A stretch of 64,000 nt of DNA from Terriglobia bacterium. GTDB lineage: Bacteria > Acidobacteriota > Terriglobia > JAJPHL01 > JAPKYU01. The notes beneath the pieces were generated by a model that was given only the letters and a program-made list of their open reading frames with translations, did not search any database and was not told the DNA's origin. Shown here piece after piece: positions 61,154 to 64,000 of the stretch. Numbering within the stretch: position 1 is the first letter of the stretch; every line of letters starts with the position of its first letter. Location: the NCBI GenBank assembly GCA_965223005.1, contig CBDCVK010000010.1, positions 256,001 through 320,000 of the forward strand. The letters run 5' to 3'. Both the position numbers and the translations under genes were made by a program.

Positions 61154-63016
61154 ATGGTAACTAAGCTGGCTTCCTTATTCGTTTCATTCCTGCTCTGCGG
61201 TCTAACTCTGGCCGCCGAGGGTCCCACAGTGCCGCTGGCCGGTCAGGCGCCGGTGGTCGGTCAAGCAGTAGAGGCCTTCCCCGTGAAAGACCTCAGGCCG
61301 GGCATGAAGGCGGTCGGGTACAGCGTGTTTGAAGGGAAGGAAGTGGAGGCCTTCGCGGTAGAAATCCTGGGCGTGCTCAAGAACGTTTGGGGGCCCGGAC
61401 AGCACATCATCCTGGCACGGCTGGGAGACAGGGTGGAGAAAACGGGCGTGGCCGCCGGCATGAGCGGCAGCCCCGTCTACCTGGATGGCAAGCTGGTGGG
61501 GGCTATCTCGCTGCGCGTGGGAGTGTTTGCTCACGAGCCGATAGCCGGGATCACTCCTGCCGAGCTTATGCTGGAGATCAAGGAACAGGACGAGAGCAAG
61601 GGCCCTGGCGCGACCTTGACTGCCGGGACTGCCGGGCAGGAGGTGCCGCTGTCCGCCGAGTTCGAGGCGCTCCTGAAGCCGGAGCCAGTCAGCGGGCCGA
61701 GCCCGGACGCATTTCTGGTGCCGATTGAAACGCCCTTGGCCTTCACCGGATTCCATGACGAGGTGTTGCAACAGTTCACCGACGTTTTCCGGCGCTTTGG
61801 GGTCACCCCGGTGCAAGGGGGAGCGGGCAGCGCGCTGAGCAATCCCGAACCGATTTCCGACCCGGAGGCCCTGAAACGGGCCCTCCCGCCGGGCGGGGCC
61901 GTTTCCGGCGTCCTAATTTCTGGAGACCTGTCCGTGGCCGGGACCGGCACGGTCACGTACAACGACGGTCACCGGGTCCTGGCCTTCGGCCATCCCTTCT
62001 TCAACTTCGGCAGGATCGAGATGCCCATGGCGACCGCCGACGTGGTGACGGTGCTGGGCTCCGACTTCGTTTCGTTTAAGATCGTGAACACCGACCAAGT
62101 GGTCGGCGCACTGCGACAGGACCGCCACTCGGGGATTCTCGGCGTGCTGGGCCGGACCGCGCCGATGATCCCGGTGGAAGCCAGCGTCCGCGTTGGAGAC
62201 AACAGCCGAACGTATCGCTTCCACGTCTTCCAAAATGCCAGATTCACTCCCTTACTCATGATGCTGACCGTCTTCAATACCCTGTTCCGCACCAATGCCT
62301 ACGGCGAGGAAGTCACCTACCGGGTGAACGGTTCCATCCAGCTAGACGGCTTCCCCGACGTGAAGCTGGACAACCTATACCCCAACAGTGGGGGCAGGGG
62401 AAGGATGCGAGGCCCCATGGGCCTCAGCGCCTGGATCAGCGGTCGTTTCTCCCGAATCTTTAATAATCCTTTCGAGACGCCCAAGATCTCCGGCGTCAAG
62501 GCGGATTTCGAAGTCATCCCGGAACGGCGCACGGCCGCCATCGAACATGTCTGGGTGCAAAAAAACGAGGTCCGCCCGGGAGAAACCCTCGACCTCAAAG
62601 TTTTCCTGCGGCCCTACCGAGGTGACCGCATGGTCAAGGATGCCCGTGTGACGATCCCGACAACGACCCCCAAGGGCAACCTTCGAATTCTATTCAGCGA
62701 CGCGGATGTGGTGAATCGCTCCCAGAGGGTGTTGCTATCCCGCAATCGGATGGTCGGCTTGACCCAGCTGATTTCCATGATGAACCGGGAGCACGCCAAC
62801 GGGTGGCTCTACATTACTCTGCTGGGGCCCGGCCCCACAGCGTTTGTCCAGGACAAAGTTCTGCCCAGCCTTCCTTCCTCGGTGGCTAACGTCATTGACC
62901 CGAGCCGGACCCAAAACCGTCTGACCCTCCGGACGGGATCTTCTCTCCACCAGCAAGCCATTCCGGTGGACTACGTCATCTCTGGAAGCCAGACGGTGGT
63001 GGTGAGGGTGAAATAG
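61154..63016 (+). CDS. SpoIVB peptidase S55 domain protein, secreted
   Basis: Signal peptide, EILGVL, AGMSGSPV, AFGHPF. Confidence 0.85.
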   Translation: MVTKLASLFVSFLLCGLTLAAEGPTVPLAGQAPVVGQAVEAFPVKDLRPGMKAVGYSVFEGKEVEAFAVEILGVLKNVWGPGQHIILARLGDRVEKTGVAAGMSGSPVYLDGKLVGAISLRVGVFAHEPIAGITPAELMLEIKEQDESKGPGATLTAGTAGQEVPLSAEFEALLKPEPVSGPSPDAFLVPIETPLAFTGFHDEVLQQFTDVFRRFGVTPVQGGAGSALSNPEPISDPEALKRALPPGGAVSGVLISGDLSVAGTGTVTYNDGHRVLAFGHPFFNFGRIEMPMATADVVTVLGSDFVSFKIVNTDQVVGALRQDRHSGILGVLGRTAPMIPVEASVRVGDNSRTYRFHVFQNARFTPLLMMLTVFNTLFRTNAYGEEVTYRVNGSIQLDGFPDVKLDNLYPNSGGRGRMRGPMGLSAWISGRFSRIFNNPFETPKISGVKADFEVIPERRTAAIEHVWVQKNEVRPGETLDLKVFLRPYRGDRMVKDARVTIPTTTPKGNLRILFSDADVVNRSQRVLLSRNRMVGLTQLISMMNREHANGWLYITLLGPGPTAFVQDKVLPSLPSSVANVIDPSRTQNRLTLRTGSSLHQQAIPVDYVISGSQTVVVRVK

Positions 63017-63043
63017 CCCCGCATTGGGATCGGACCCGAACCC

Positions 63044-64000
63044 ATGAGACATTTTCTAGTTCTAGTTGCTTTTTCCAGCTTGGCCCTCGCCCTGAACCTG
63101 TCGGCGGCCGACACGCAGTTCTGGGAACAGAAGGGCTACCAAGATTTTGACAAGGGCACGCTCGAGGGACTGTCCCTTCGTAGCGACGGAAAACTGCGCC
63201 TGGCGCCGCGGTTCCGTCAGGTCTGCGATCCTGATCTGAACTACATTTGGGCGCTGGCGGAGGACAGCCGCGGTAACGTCTTCGCGGGTGGGGGCTCGCC
63301 CGGCAAAGTCGTGCGCATCGGCTCCGCATCCGCCGCCAGCGGCGAGGCGAAACCGGAAACGGTGTTTGAGGTCAAAGACCTTGAGATTCATGCGCTGGCT
63401 GTGGATGCAGCGGATAACCTCTATGCCGCCACTTCGCCGGACCCCAAGATCTACAAGATCACCCCTGACGGCGAAGCCAGTGTCTTCTTTGAGCCTGAGG
63501 CAAAGTATGTGTGGGCGTTGGCGTTTGACCCGCAGGGCAACCTGCTGGTGGCCACCGGGGACAAAGGCGAGCTGTACCGGGTGGACCCCAAGGGTGAAGC
63601 CAAGGTGTTTTTCAGGAGCGAGGAAACCCATGCCCGCTCGATCGCCGTCGACAAGTCGGGCAACGTGATCGTGGGCACTGACCCCAGCGGGCTGATCCTG
63701 CGCATTTCCCCTGCAGGCGAAGGCTTCGTCCTGTACCAGGCGGCCAAGAAGGAAGTTACGGCAGTGGCCATTGGCGCCGACGGCAGCATTTACGCGGCCG
63801 CGGTGGGCAACAAGCAACAGCGGCCGCCTACGCCAGCGGCTCCCGCTCCTCCGCGGTCCCAGGTGGTACCCGCCGCTGCTACCGTGCGTCGTCTGAGCCG
63901 ACCTGCGCCGCCTCCGGTGGCTGGCGGCACGGGGGTCTACCGGATCTTCCCTGACGGGGAACCGAGGCAACTGTGGGCCTCCAAGAATGAGGTCGTCTAC
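63044..64000 (+). CDS. Secreted beta-propeller protein, runs off the window (absent from the ORF track)
   Basis: ATG 63044: MRHFLVLVAFSSLALALNLSAADTQFWEQ...LSLRSDGKLRLAP...YVWALAFD...VATGDKG. Confidence 0.8.
   Translation, partial: MRHFLVLVAFSSLALALNLSAADTQFWEQKGYQDFDKGTLEGLSLRSDGKLRLAPRFRQVCDPDLNYIWALAEDSRGNVFAGGGSPGKVVRIGSASAASGEAKPETVFEVKDLEIHALAVDAADNLYAATSPDPKIYKITPDGEASVFFEPEAKYVWALAFDPQGNLLVATGDKGELYRVDPKGEAKVFFRSEETHARSIAVDKSGNVIVGTDPSGLILRISPAGEGFVLYQAAKKEVTAVAIGADGSIYAAAVGNKQQRPPTPAAPAPPRSQVVPAAATVRRLSRPAPPPVAGGTGVYRIFPDGEPRQLWASKNEVVY

Overview
GC-rich chromosomal window, probably Acidobacteriota (inferred from the Acidobacterial-type VWA protein, SpoIVB-like peptidase plus beta-propeller pair and lineage-typical small proteins). 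It looks like a long-read consensus: several genes carry single-base indels, and three stretches (36.6-37.1, 50.0-50.5, 57.2-58.3 kb) are duplicated or mosaic. Content includes a branched-chain-type ABC transporter island with a binding protein-permease fusion, an intact 1.49-kb IS just upstream of an RND operon, queG, pruA, tilS-hpt-ftsH, a sulfur-carrier cysteine synthesis operon, pckA, a TonB receptor with Fur-like boxes, an orphan nuoB and two radical SAM enzymes. Best leads: (1) a hidden DedA-rhodanese selenoprotein candidate with an in-frame TGA at 13809 in a C-T-U-P motif, followed by a SECIS-like hairpin; (2) a transketolase N-subunit pseudoenzyme fused to a 6-Cys zinc ribbon; (3) a Tes/GDGT-MAS-like radical SAM and a DUF4070 B12 radical SAM as candidate membrane-spanning lipid enzymes; (4) a Ubl-E1-rhodanese polyprotein with an internal GG beside a JAMM protease; (5) a degenerate HPRT between tilS and ftsH; (6) signs that the IS is polymorphic in the population, including an insertion that removes a ubiquitin-like C-terminal GG; (7) a structured ncRNA candidate at about 55.6 kb. 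No CRISPR array, rRNA or tRNA was seen. All family calls come from motif recognition by eye; no searches were run.
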